Positions 19,739-29,721 of a stretch of 64,000 nucleotides of DNA are shown here, one piece after another (the stretch's first letter is position 1; every line of letters starts with the position of its first letter). The stretch lies in NCBI GenBank assembly GCA_000002435.2, contig CM018792.1; one strand, written 5' to 3'. Below the pieces are notes generated by a model. It saw only the letters and a list, made by a program, of their open reading frames with translations. It was not told where the DNA came from and made no database searches. This stretch comes from Giardia intestinalis (taxonomy: Eukaryota). The position numbers were made by a program, and so were the translations under genes.

Positions 19739-20954
19739 ATGCTCGAGCCTCTCCTAGGATTGCTGCAGTGAATAGGCCTAACGGGGCACCTTCGGGAGAG
19801 CGGGCAGAGGGCAGGATTTGGGGCATGCTTGCAATGGTAGGGAACGGGCGAGAGTGTATCAGGAAGGAGTACTGACCCATGATGCTTGTGTAAAGCTGCT
19901 CTCCTTGGGCTTGAAAAGGGCTCGTTTGAAGATTACTGATGACGTCAGAAGGCGCAAACAGACGCACTCTGTAGGCGCTCTCATCCTCATCATCTCCTCT
20001 AATCACAATGGCCGGGTAGAGGGGTCCTGAATCGTCCAGCAGAAACGGACGTAGAGGTGGCGGAACACTGGTGAATGGGATTGATGAGAAGTATGACACA
20101 TAGCGGTCTCTGACAGCGCTGAGTAGTGACGCCGGGCATGACTGTGCATAAACACAGATATCTTTGCAAAGCACCGAAAGAGCCTCCAAGTCTCCTCTAT
20201 GGCTGGGCGCTGACCCTCCGCACCGGGACTGCATACTGTGTAAGAGGTTCATTAGAGGGTTAAGAGATAGCACAGTTGAGATCATATCAATATTAAGTAA
20301 CGCCATATGATAGAAGAGCCTTGCAACGGTGCCTCTAATAGCCTCAATCACCTCACATGATTTGGTGAGCATCTGTTGCAGTCCCCGTACATAGGTAGTG
20401 TTGTAAATAGTTGTCAATTGTTCCGATAGCTGAGGTGAACTCTGCTTGCAGACTCCCCGCAGAAATGTAGATTTGGAAAATAGAACTCCATAGAAATAAA
20501 TTATCACTATTCTGTTTTCAGGGGGAATGTCACAAATTTTAAATAAATCCCTTTTCTTATTTATTATTTTATCAGAGATTGCCTGTGTGGCAGCCAAAAT
20601 TAAAATATCGAAAACATTATCAGGGTCAAGAAATCTGAAGCGGTTCGCTGGCTGTTTTAGATTGCAGGCCAAACCATCACGAACGGAAGCGTTAATCCAC
20701 GTGGCATAATCCCGAGTAAATTGCACCCTCTGCAGCAACGGAGCAAGAATGAGGTCAACCAGGGCCCTTCCTGCGTTGGGACAGGGAAGCTGGAAAAAGA
20801 GCGAGGCACAAGTGATTGTCGTCTCATAAACATCTGACGGGTCATCGAGGCGGGAGATCATTTCGGTGAACGCTGATATGAGGGAAAGAAGCTTACGCTC
20901 TGCCTGAGCTCCATCCTCAAAGAAGCTGAGAGAACTCTGCAATATTTGGTGCAT
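19728..20954 (-). CDS. Hypothetical protein (408 aa)
   Basis: Long ORF with an ATG start. Its stop overlaps the RPS24 stop region by 11 bp. Confidence 0.55.
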   Translation of the reverse strand: MHQILQSSLSFFEDGAQAERKLLSLISAFTEMISRLDDPSDVYETTITCASLFFQLPCPNAGRALVDLILAPLLQRVQFTRDYATWINASVRDGLACNLKQPANRFRFLDPDNVFDILILAATQAISDKIINKKRDLFKICDIPPENRIVIIYFYGVLFSKSTFLRGVCKQSSPQLSEQLTTIYNTTYVRGLQQMLTKSCEVIEAIRGTVARLFYHMALLNIDMISTVLSLNPLMNLLHSMQSRCGGSAPSHRGDLEALSVLCKDICVYAQSCPASLLSAVRDRYVSYFSSIPFTSVPPPLRPFLLDDSGPLYPAIVIRGDDEDESAYRVRLFAPSDVISNLQTSPFQAQGEQLYTSIMGQYSFLIHSRPFPTIASMPQILPSARSPEGAPLGLFTAAILGEARAFTS

Positions 20955-21099
20955 GCCTGCAGGTCGAGAACTTTCTTTTTCTAAAAGACAACAGATTCTA
21001 ACGTGAGATTCTAAGGTAAACTAGTCATAATACGGCCCTACTCTCTTTGGGCGTGGGGTTCTATCTCAGTCCCGTCACTAAAAACTAAAATTTGTCCTG

Positions 21100-24000
21100 A
21101 TGACGAGCCAGTATGCAATGCGAGATCTATCTCCAGAGGATTACCCCGCCTGTAGCGAGCTCCTTTCAGACCCCATTTATGGACGACTCTTCGTCACGAC
21201 AGATTTGCAGCAGCTGCATACCATTTGCTCTTATGCCGCAGTGGCCGAGTCCGTGGCTGATAACGAGATATGTGCCATACTCATGGTAGCTCCGTTACCT
21301 CAGTTTTACCAGGATTTGAACCCAGAGCAGCAGCCGGCCTCTGCCCCCGGTACAAAGGTCCCCTCCTATTGGGTTGATTACATAGATCTGGTCTATGGTT
21401 GCGAAACCAGCGAGTTTGTTACTTCGTGGGTCCGAATGGCATACTGTTCTCCAGAACACAACATAGCTATGTCTGTCCTCGTTCAGGGGTACTTCAACTA
21501 TGACCCTTATCATGAAAATCTACTCCTTTTGTCCCACCCCTTTACCAGTCCTCCACCTTACTTACGCAAGATATTCCCAGAATTAGCAGCTGAGACCCCA
21601 GTGTCCCCCAGCATGTGCCACATCATGTGTTGTCTGCGCTCAGATGTTCTTCCTCCCCTCTCCGTCCGAAATGCAGACATGCGGGACCATGATGACTTGG
21701 TTTCGATCTTCGAATTACAAAATACATCTGTTAGAGCTCGCTTTGGGGAATTCTTTATCGCAGGGCTGATAACGTCGGCCAGCGCTGAACCGAGCCAAAA
21801 GATGTCTTTAGTTGCACTCGACTATGAGTCATATGCTCTTGAGTACAGAGCAAACGAGGCTAACGCAATACGTAAGCCCGTTTCTTTTCTTTACGTAGAG
21901 CGGTGCAATCCGCAATCCAGTGAGGACGCCAAGACAATCGAGAATCTCAAGAAAAGCCATTGTCTAGAAAGATATTCACTCCACAAGATTCCGCACGAAG
22001 ATCTCGGCTTTATACGCGCCACTGCTACCCTTCCTATAGCTGAGAGCCGCTGCGGGGAACTCATCAGCGCTGTCTTTGAGCAATGGCCCACTCTCGAAGC
22101 CATCCTTCTCACCCTACCCTCTGCAGCTACATGCACAGACATGCAAATGCTCAGGCTGTTCACTTTGATTGACCCTCGCTCCCCTCTTTCACCCCGAGAG
22201 TCACTCTTTGTGTGCCACAAGGATGCCTGGCTGGGTACAGTCACTATTAGACGTGTTAGGGATTTGCCCCTTCTGGAGGAGGCCTGCAGATACTTAGAGG
22301 CATCTCTTAAGCAAGAACGCCCGATCATTAACACTTCATCAACGCTTCACAAGGAGTTGGAGTCCTTGACCCCTCAATCGTCGTTTGGTACAATTATAGC
22401 ATGCAATGCTGTTGGAGATAGGCAAGTTCCCATTGCAGTCTGCATCTTGGACATGAACATAGCAACTGACGATCTACCAGGGGCCATGAGCGACTATCTC
22501 CAGGCCTATCACCTTACCTTGAGGGGTAAGGCATCTGACTGTGAGGTTCCGTGGGAACTCAACCATACAGATTCTGTCTGGATGCCGTCTCTCTGCTTGG
22601 GAAGCGCGCCCTGGTGCACAATGCATTATGATGAGGATCTGTCTAAGCATGCCTATCTGAGGGCATTCATCATTGACCCCTTGTTTGTACAACACAAGGA
22701 TACTATCCTTAATTCATGCATGCGTGTTGCCGGTGTGGACGGCTTTTTGCTTTCAATAGGGTCCACACTGCAAAAATCTATAAAGAAAGTTTATGATAAT
22801 GAAACAGGTATGTTTCAACAGATAGACTGTGACACCAATACAATTTTAACTTCATTTGAAAAGGACCTGTTTAGAGCATCTAGATACATACCTGCTGTAA
22901 CTCTTCTTCCCAGCGAACGAGATGAGCACGTTATAAAACCTGCAGCCCGCAAACACTTCGACGGTTCTATCCCAACTGGCCATCCAGAGAAGTCTGCTGA
23001 GAGGTTGCAGGACGAGGCTCGATTCAACAGCGTTATGCAGGAAGATCTAACCAGTGAGATCAAGACGTCAGCCCTCCGGGTATTAAATCCGTGTTTTAGT
23101 CTCTTTGCCCTGTGCCCTAGCGATCTCATCCATCACTTTACACCACCGCTCACCATCGCCAACACTACTGAGCCCCCATCCATCATTATCAAACCACCCG
23201 TTACCTTCACTGATAGACTTGTCCTTATAGGAGGAGGACTCGGGCTCATCTCCACGCTCACCACCATGCACGATTGTGCCGACCTGGCCCGCTTCAAGAA
23301 CATCGTTGTTGTGTCCCCACCCCCAGGCATTGTGACGCCCTATATAATTGACTACGAAAAATCAGAGTACGATCTCTGCTTTGATCACGGGGAGTCACTG
23401 CCTTCTGTCCGGGATCGAGCAATTCACCTGTTGTATGACATCTATATAGGTGAGATATTAGAGCTTTCTCTGAATAACGGGCTGCTGAAGCTCGCAAGTG
23501 GCGCTGAATTTGGGTTTGATATCATTATGTTGTGCCCAGAGGGCAGCGACGCAGAATCATTCAGATTGGTTCCTAGCTTCAATCTTAATTCGGCTGCGTC
23601 CTTTGCATATGGCATCGTTGACCCGTCCGGAGCAAGTAATGCAGGTCAACTCTCACAGCTTCAAGGTAACGCTCTCAATACCCGTGGATTTAAGGATCAA
23701 GAAATTATACCAGTTCTGTCACAAGCCAGATCATATAGTAGTCTGCTTTCGTGCATGATCAATGAGCGTGTCCTGGAAAGCTCTTCCTCCAAGGAGGCGA
23801 CGTACTACGAGCAGCTGCTTGCGCCAAGGCTGAATGCACGTTTGTTTATGCGTTATCTTACTCAAGACGAGCCCCTTTCCAAGCGACAGCTGTCTGCTCT
23901 CTATAACAGCACGTTGACGGCTAATCTAAACACTTGCATCAATCTTTTATATAGTCCTTACATCTTGAAGCAGCTTAATGCAAAGAGTAGCAGCGCGACG

Positions 24001-26580
24001 ACCAATAAGGAAGATGAAAACATAGTTACTAGTAGCGCCGCAACCACTGCTACGAAAGGGACAGCGCAGCAGCCGTCTGGGGAGGAGGAGCAGAAGCCAA
24101 CGTCTCAGCTTGGGCCCTATAGGCTTCTTTCGCCGTATGCAAAGTCCAGCCAAATAATTCAGGCTTCGTCCCCGAGCGCCATGCTAGAGCTCCCTCTTCT
24201 ATGTAAAAGGCTTGCAGACATCACTAACGAAGCTAGAAATCAACTCTTCCCGTCTCTGACCCAGGAGAAGCCTGGAAAGGGGGTAAAAGGCCAGACTGCT
24301 GCGCCTACAACTACTGCATCAGTTGTCGATGCCGCTAGGGTGTCAGTTGCCGTTGTTGGAGATACGTTTGAATCATTCAGCATCATACGCTGTCTGCTCG
24401 ACTCGGGAGTTGCTCCGTCTTCTATCTTCTTGCTCATACCTCTAGATCCCACCGTGACTGTCGATCAAACAGAAACCCGCAACGATGCAATGCTAGATAA
24501 TCTCGTCGCACCTCCTGGGTACGGACAATATGCCATTCGCAGCAACAGCATCATGCCCATGGATCCTACTAAGCGGGTTACAATGCGCCAATCTGAGATG
24601 GCAGCCAGGGGCGTATCCGACAACTCTACATCTCAGTATGCTGAAAAGCGCTCCGAAGCATTCCCCCGTGACTTGCATGCATACATTCTCGAAGAAATGA
24701 ACAAGTTGGGGATTAATATATTAAAGAACATACGAATACTGGACGTCCTCTGTTCCTTAAACGGATTATCAACGAAAGTGTTCGGTAAGATGCCAGGGTA
24801 TGGTAACGAAGAGGACGAGTCAGACGAGGAGGACGAATATTCCGATGAATCTGACGAAGACGAAGCACGCGACTACGATGCTGACGATTCAGCTCTTTCT
24901 GATAGTGAATCTGAAGAGGGCAGCGACAATGATGCAGATTCCCTTGATGAGAACAAGCTTGTAGCAATGGTGAAGGAAATCCGTGAGACCTTAGAGGAGC
25001 TCGACGCTGCGGACATATCTCTAAACTCTAGGATACCCAACTTTGCAGAAGAGCTGGAGGAGCTTGATGACGTCTGTGATGCTCTGTTGCTAGGAGACAT
25101 AAATGGTGTCCTTGTCCGATATCTTGCAGAAGGCGACCCAGAATTTGACCCCAGTGTTATGGATACTAATGAACAGCGTTTTGAGATCTTTCGCATTTTG
25201 AAGAAGCGCCTACACAAGTTGCAGCACGACGCAAAGAAGACGCTTTCAAAGAAGAAACGGTACCGGAAAAAGCTTTTCCTTGGTGCTAGCTTGTGCGGCC
25301 TCAGACTAGGTCTCCAAACAAACACAGCGTTTAACCCCGACGGCGAGATGAGTAGTGCATATGGCGATGACCTTCCTGGCTCCATTTTCCTGAATGCAGG
25401 CGCCATGACACGCATCATCACAGGGCCAACAGGAAGCATTGCACGCATGCAAATAAGCAACTCAGAGCCAAGCCCCCAAATGGGTTCGTTGGACATTCAT
25501 GTCTGCGCAGTGTTTCTCACGGAGAGCTTCGGGGTCCCATTCCATTACGCCAGTGCTCTAATGAGGTCCGATTTGGTGTTCGATAAGGCCCTGATAGTCA
25601 ATTCTAACGCACAAGCCTCTGATCCCAGGGTATACGCCGCTTGTAACCTAGGCAAGATAAGTCGCGCAACTTTACTACGGAGAATGCAGCAAAATAACAG
25701 CGCAACCAACTGCCTCTCCACCATGAAGATACCAATGGCCCCGCATGCACTGACAGCTGATCCCATCAAGCCAGTCGTAGATTGGAACCTCTTTTCTGCA
25801 TCTGAATCGGCCCGGTATGCTGTCTATCGGTTACTCAGTAAGCGGCTCCTGGACTTCGAAGTGCTAGACGACGACGGCCTTGTGCCAGAGTTCACTAACC
25901 CCCTTATTCTCAATTGCCGGGTAATCAGCGGCCATGTTTTCCGTGTCTCAAGGCCCCTAAGGGACGTTAGAGACCCCAGTCTTACTGTTGAAAAGTACTT
26001 CCGGGTCGTGGAAACAGGAAAGCTCTGTAAGCTTGAGAAGGGTGAGCGCTGGTGCCACCTCGAGGTCGATCCATTTGGCGTCGTCGATAGCATCACTATT
26101 TTCTCGGAGCAGGAGCTGCATCCAGACATTAAAGACACGCTATATAGAATAGTGGGCCTTCCTAGTGCTTTGCTTAACAACTTAGAGGGCCGATGGGCGC
26201 GCGGTGAAGTGGTGGATCTTATCGACTTCTTTTCGCGACCGCAGGTGCAGGTCCTTTTGAGTGACGCCATAAGGGCAACGATAGGGGAAATCGTGTCCGA
26301 CATCCTGACATCTCAGAATTTCCAGGATGTCATGGACAAGGTATGGTTGGGAGAGTACGTCGGAGATGATGCAAGGTCCGTTGGGGACATCTCTGCAGAG
26401 GCCCTACAGCCCAGCTTTGGAAAGGAGCTTCTGAAGGGATCTGCAAATGGGTCCAGAGCCATCGAGATCCTGATGATGATCAGCAAACAGTTGATGGAAG
26501 AGGCAAAGGGTAGATTCCCAGAGCTGGGAGAAGGCGCGGGGGAGCGAGGAAAGGTAGTCTTCACCCCCTTAGCACAGTAG
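21100..26580 (+). CDS. Very large hypothetical protein (1826 aa) with an acidic, Ser-rich cluster
   Basis: Uninterrupted 5.5-kb ORF. The ATG is preceded by cactaaaaactaaaatttgtcctg. An acidic stretch, EEDESDEEDEYSDESDEDEARDYDADDSALSDSESEEGSDNDADS, lies at about 24810-24960. Confidence 0.7.
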   Translation: MTSQYAMRDLSPEDYPACSELLSDPIYGRLFVTTDLQQLHTICSYAAVAESVADNEICAILMVAPLPQFYQDLNPEQQPASAPGTKVPSYWVDYIDLVYGCETSEFVTSWVRMAYCSPEHNIAMSVLVQGYFNYDPYHENLLLLSHPFTSPPPYLRKIFPELAAETPVSPSMCHIMCCLRSDVLPPLSVRNADMRDHDDLVSIFELQNTSVRARFGEFFIAGLITSASAEPSQKMSLVALDYESYALEYRANEANAIRKPVSFLYVERCNPQSSEDAKTIENLKKSHCLERYSLHKIPHEDLGFIRATATLPIAESRCGELISAVFEQWPTLEAILLTLPSAATCTDMQMLRLFTLIDPRSPLSPRESLFVCHKDAWLGTVTIRRVRDLPLLEEACRYLEASLKQERPIINTSSTLHKELESLTPQSSFGTIIACNAVGDRQVPIAVCILDMNIATDDLPGAMSDYLQAYHLTLRGKASDCEVPWELNHTDSVWMPSLCLGSAPWCTMHYDEDLSKHAYLRAFIIDPLFVQHKDTILNSCMRVAGVDGFLLSIGSTLQKSIKKVYDNETGMFQQIDCDTNTILTSFEKDLFRASRYIPAVTLLPSERDEHVIKPAARKHFDGSIPTGHPEKSAERLQDEARFNSVMQEDLTSEIKTSALRVLNPCFSLFALCPSDLIHHFTPPLTIANTTEPPSIIIKPPVTFTDRLVLIGGGLGLISTLTTMHDCADLARFKNIVVVSPPPGIVTPYIIDYEKSEYDLCFDHGESLPSVRDRAIHLLYDIYIGEILELSLNNGLLKLASGAEFGFDIIMLCPEGSDAESFRLVPSFNLNSAASFAYGIVDPSGASNAGQLSQLQGNALNTRGFKDQEIIPVLSQARSYSSLLSCMINERVLESSSSKEATYYEQLLAPRLNARLFMRYLTQDEPLSKRQLSALYNSTLTANLNTCINLLYSPYILKQLNAKSSSATTNKEDENIVTSSAATTATKGTAQQPSGEEEQKPTSQLGPYRLLSPYAKSSQIIQASSPSAMLELPLLCKRLADITNEARNQLFPSLTQEKPGKGVKGQTAAPTTTASVVDAARVSVAVVGDTFESFSIIRCLLDSGVAPSSIFLLIPLDPTVTVDQTETRNDAMLDNLVAPPGYGQYAIRSNSIMPMDPTKRVTMRQSEMAARGVSDNSTSQYAEKRSEAFPRDLHAYILEEMNKLGINILKNIRILDVLCSLNGLSTKVFGKMPGYGNEEDESDEEDEYSDESDEDEARDYDADDSALSDSESEEGSDNDADSLDENKLVAMVKEIRETLEELDAADISLNSRIPNFAEELEELDDVCDALLLGDINGVLVRYLAEGDPEFDPSVMDTNEQRFEIFRILKKRLHKLQHDAKKTLSKKKRYRKKLFLGASLCGLRLGLQTNTAFNPDGEMSSAYGDDLPGSIFLNAGAMTRIITGPTGSIARMQISNSEPSPQMGSLDIHVCAVFLTESFGVPFHYASALMRSDLVFDKALIVNSNAQASDPRVYAACNLGKISRATLLRRMQQNNSATNCLSTMKIPMAPHALTADPIKPVVDWNLFSASESARYAVYRLLSKRLLDFEVLDDDGLVPEFTNPLILNCRVISGHVFRVSRPLRDVRDPSLTVEKYFRVVETGKLCKLEKGERWCHLEVDPFGVVDSITIFSEQELHPDIKDTLYRIVGLPSALLNNLEGRWARGEVVDLIDFFSRPQVQVLLSDAIRATIGEIVSDILTSQNFQDVMDKVWLGEYVGDDARSVGDISAEALQPSFGKELLKGSANGSRAIEILMMISKQLMEEAKGRFPELGEGAGERGKVVFTPLAQ

Positions 26581-26588
26581 GATCCCTT

Positions 26589-27881
26589 TCATGTCTTTCT
26601 TAAAGGCGTCTTCTGCGTCTCACGCAGGTTAACGTAAAGACGCAGCTCCTGCGGAGCATCCTGCGCCCGAGCAGTTTCTAGTAAATCTCTACACTCAGAT
26701 ACAGGCTTGCCATTGATGTGCTTCGTCAGGGAAGTCTGGATTGTCGCATTGTACCTGACAGATGTGTTACGCTTGCAGAGCAGTACTTCCATTTTATAGA
26801 TGCAGACAGAAAGCCGTAGCAAAATAGGGTGAAACATCCCACTTTCTGTGTTGCAGCTTGTGCTCATATATGTAACAAACAGCAGCGGCTCAAGGGGAAG
26901 TTGGGGAGATGTCAGGTTTGCTTTTCTAAGGGTCTCTACACGTTTCAAAAAGGGTCCCTCTTCATACAAGCTAGCCAGGCCGCGTAACTCTGCTACAATA
27001 TCGACCAGGATATTATGCATGTTATCTGACTGTGCATGTTGACTCGCAATTGCAAAGATATCAGACAAAAATTCCAGCTGCACAATGGAAATAGTAGGGG
27101 AAAAGAGATAGGGGAAGAGCACAGTGAGCACGCAAGTGGCATGGTTCTCTGCAGATGTACCGTGCGTAGAGGACTGTTGCGATAGATCTAATTTGTTCAG
27201 AACGGAAGTATAGGCAGCCTTCAGACAACGATCATACATTCCATAGCAAAGAGACAACCTATCAATATGCACAAAGATAGATGATAGCTTGCAAACAGTC
27301 GAGAGGTATGGAGCCAGACTGACTTGGTGAATGAATGACCCCGCAGAGAGCATAGATGCTAGCTCCAGATCGAATGCAGATGCAGGCGCAAGAATCACCT
27401 GCTCAACTTTGCGTGATTTTTCTACAATCTGAACGCCAAGGGAAAATATTGCCTTGTCAGAGGAGCCCAGATAAAGAGATAGAAGACATAAACACTCGTC
27501 CGAGTTCAGCTTACTGGCAAGCAGTGATAATATGTTAGCAATCTTCAAGATGATATCAGAGGACATATCATTGATGAGCTGGGAGCGCACAAGCCGCGCT
27601 AGAACGCTGCAGAACGATTGGACGAGTCGATGGTGCCCTTCGGAAAACAGACACTCTGCTACCGAAAGTAGTGGGGTGATATCGGGGAGGGTAGACGGTG
27701 GAGACGTGCTTTGTAGACAAGTATCAATAAGCTCTGCGGCGTACACGAGAGCGAGAACGCGGTCCTCTCCCCGTAGTTGCAGAGAGGTCAGTAAATCCAG
27801 CATTTCCACGGGCGTGCTTTCTGGGGTGAGCTCCCTGGGTACGCGGCTCGAGAGAAACGCTGCTGCAGGGCTTTGACTCAT
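26589..27881 (-). CDS. Hypothetical protein (~430 aa)
   Basis: Long ORF. The track start at 27902 is a TTG, and the first ATG (MSQSPAAAF..) is at 27881. It is convergent with the upstream gene, with an 8-bp gap between the two stops. Confidence 0.55.
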   Translation of the reverse strand: MSQSPAAAFLSSRVPRELTPESTPVEMLDLLTSLQLRGEDRVLALVYAAELIDTCLQSTSPPSTLPDITPLLSVAECLFSEGHHRLVQSFCSVLARLVRSQLINDMSSDIILKIANILSLLASKLNSDECLCLLSLYLGSSDKAIFSLGVQIVEKSRKVEQVILAPASAFDLELASMLSAGSFIHQVSLAPYLSTVCKLSSIFVHIDRLSLCYGMYDRCLKAAYTSVLNKLDLSQQSSTHGTSAENHATCVLTVLFPYLFSPTISIVQLEFLSDIFAIASQHAQSDNMHNILVDIVAELRGLASLYEEGPFLKRVETLRKANLTSPQLPLEPLLFVTYMSTSCNTESGMFHPILLRLSVCIYKMEVLLCKRNTSVRYNATIQTSLTKHINGKPVSECRDLLETARAQDAPQELRLYVNLRETQKTPLRKT

Positions 27882-28089
27882 CAATGCTGAAGATGAGAAC
27901 AAGGTCTCCTACACTCTAGCGAACCGTCCTCAACAACACAGGGCCGAACAGAAGGTGTGTGCCTTGTCCAGCTCCCGCTATCATAAAGATCTTGCCAGAG
28001 ACTTTGTGAACTTTTTCCTTAATTTTAGCAAAAAATGACACATTGCTGATTAGCTTATTACATAATTTTAAGAAAACAGAATCTGACGG

Positions 28090-29649
28090 ATGAGCATCCA
28101 AACGGTACGAGACTGGTTTAGGGCCATAGATGAAGGGAACCGCGCTAAAATACGAGCTAAGTTGCGCGAATTTAAGGGCTCTAAAGACGAGAACGGTGAG
28201 ACAGGCCTCATGCGAGCTGTGCGCAACCAGGATCTCGATACGGCTCTTCTGTTGGTTGAGCACGAGCACTCCATGACAAATTACGATGGCTACACGGCCA
28301 TTATGCTTGCGGCCTTGATGGACAGCACGGAGGCCTGCAAGCTATTGATGTCCTTTGAGCTTGACTCTATCCTTCCAGATGGGAGGACGCCGCTCATGCT
28401 TGCTGCTGAGAGAGGTAATCTCCATGCTATTAAGGCGCTTCTTCCCCACAATCGCTTCATCTACGACGAGAACGGAAAGACAGCTCTCTGTTATGCGGCG
28501 GAGAACGGGCACTTCGAGGCGGTGAGGATGCTTGTGGAGTGCAACGGAGACAAGCTCTGTAGTGATGCGAAGATTGCCCTTGTTGCAGCGGCCATGAACA
28601 AGCACTCTAAGATAATTGACTATCTTGCAGAACACCAGAACAGACACGGCGTTGGCGCCGAGCCTTCCCATGTATACACCGCCAGGGCAGGGGATTCCGA
28701 TGTGAACATCATACAGAATCCAAACGAAACTAAGAAGAGCATTATAAACGATCTCGAAGACCTGAAGAGCCTAGTGAAGCTATACAAGGATGAGTCGAAA
28801 GCGAAGGACAAGGCCATTGAGAATTATGAATCCCTTGTCGCCGAATCTAATATCACCGATGGATACGGTAACATTGGGAATAGTCAGAATCTGAACTCTT
28901 CAGTGCAGGGATCTGTCGTCCACAGCACGAGCAACTACTCCCCAGATATGCGAGGGGTTGGAAACAATCCCTACAGGCATGACGACTCTGCTCAAGTCAG
29001 ACCTGCCCCCGGGCCTGGACACACCGTGAATCTCGCCGACCTCGATAGGTCTGACTATAACACATGTGAAAGAACAGCAAGGTATGATGGAATGTCAGAG
29101 CCACTTGTCGGTAACACTGATCTAATGCTGGCTGCCCAGAAGGGCGAGGTCCGAAAAGTCAAGGCCCTTATACCCAAGCAGGCTGGGTTAGCGAACCGGG
29201 CAGGCTACACCGCTCTGATGTTCGCTTCTCAAATGGGACACACGGAGGTTGTTCAGCTTCTAGTTGATAAAGAGGGTGGGATGACTGACAAGGATGGGTA
29301 CTCAGCTCTCATGACTGCTGCGTACAATGGATATGCAGACATTGCCCGTATTCTAGTAGATAAGGAAGGGGGAATCCGCATGAAGGATGGATGGACGGCT
29401 CTCATGTCGGCAGCAAACCACGGCTATTACGATGTCGTGAAGGTGCTCATTGGGCGCGAAGGGGGATACCAGACCCGCAGGGGCCAGACAGCAATGATGC
29501 TTGCAGCGCAACGTGGTTATTTAGACATCGTCAGAGCTCTCATCCCTAAGGAGGCGAAGAAGGTTGATGCGCGTGGGAAGACGGCGTGTAAGATTGCCTC
29601 TGATTACAGCTATTTCGAGATCGTTAATCTCCTCAAGAAGTTCGAGTAA
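28090..29649 (+). CDS. Ankyrin-repeat protein (21.1 family)
   Basis: N-terminus is MSIQTVRDWFRAIDEGN. Tandem ankyrin repeats include GETGLMRAVRNQDLDTALLL, GYTAIMLAAL and GRTPLMLAAERGN. Confidence 0.85.
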   Translation: MSIQTVRDWFRAIDEGNRAKIRAKLREFKGSKDENGETGLMRAVRNQDLDTALLLVEHEHSMTNYDGYTAIMLAALMDSTEACKLLMSFELDSILPDGRTPLMLAAERGNLHAIKALLPHNRFIYDENGKTALCYAAENGHFEAVRMLVECNGDKLCSDAKIALVAAAMNKHSKIIDYLAEHQNRHGVGAEPSHVYTARAGDSDVNIIQNPNETKKSIINDLEDLKSLVKLYKDESKAKDKAIENYESLVAESNITDGYGNIGNSQNLNSSVQGSVVHSTSNYSPDMRGVGNNPYRHDDSAQVRPAPGPGHTVNLADLDRSDYNTCERTARYDGMSEPLVGNTDLMLAAQKGEVRKVKALIPKQAGLANRAGYTALMFASQMGHTEVVQLLVDKEGGMTDKDGYSALMTAAYNGYADIARILVDKEGGIRMKDGWTALMSAANHGYYDVVKVLIGREGGYQTRRGQTAMMLAAQRGYLDIVRALIPKEAKKVDARGKTACKIASDYSYFEIVNLLKKFE

Positions 29650-29721
29650 TATATTCCCCTTTTTCTGTTCTTTCTCCTCTCTTCGATGCTTTCTTCAATC
29701 TAAATAAAAACTTGCGATTTA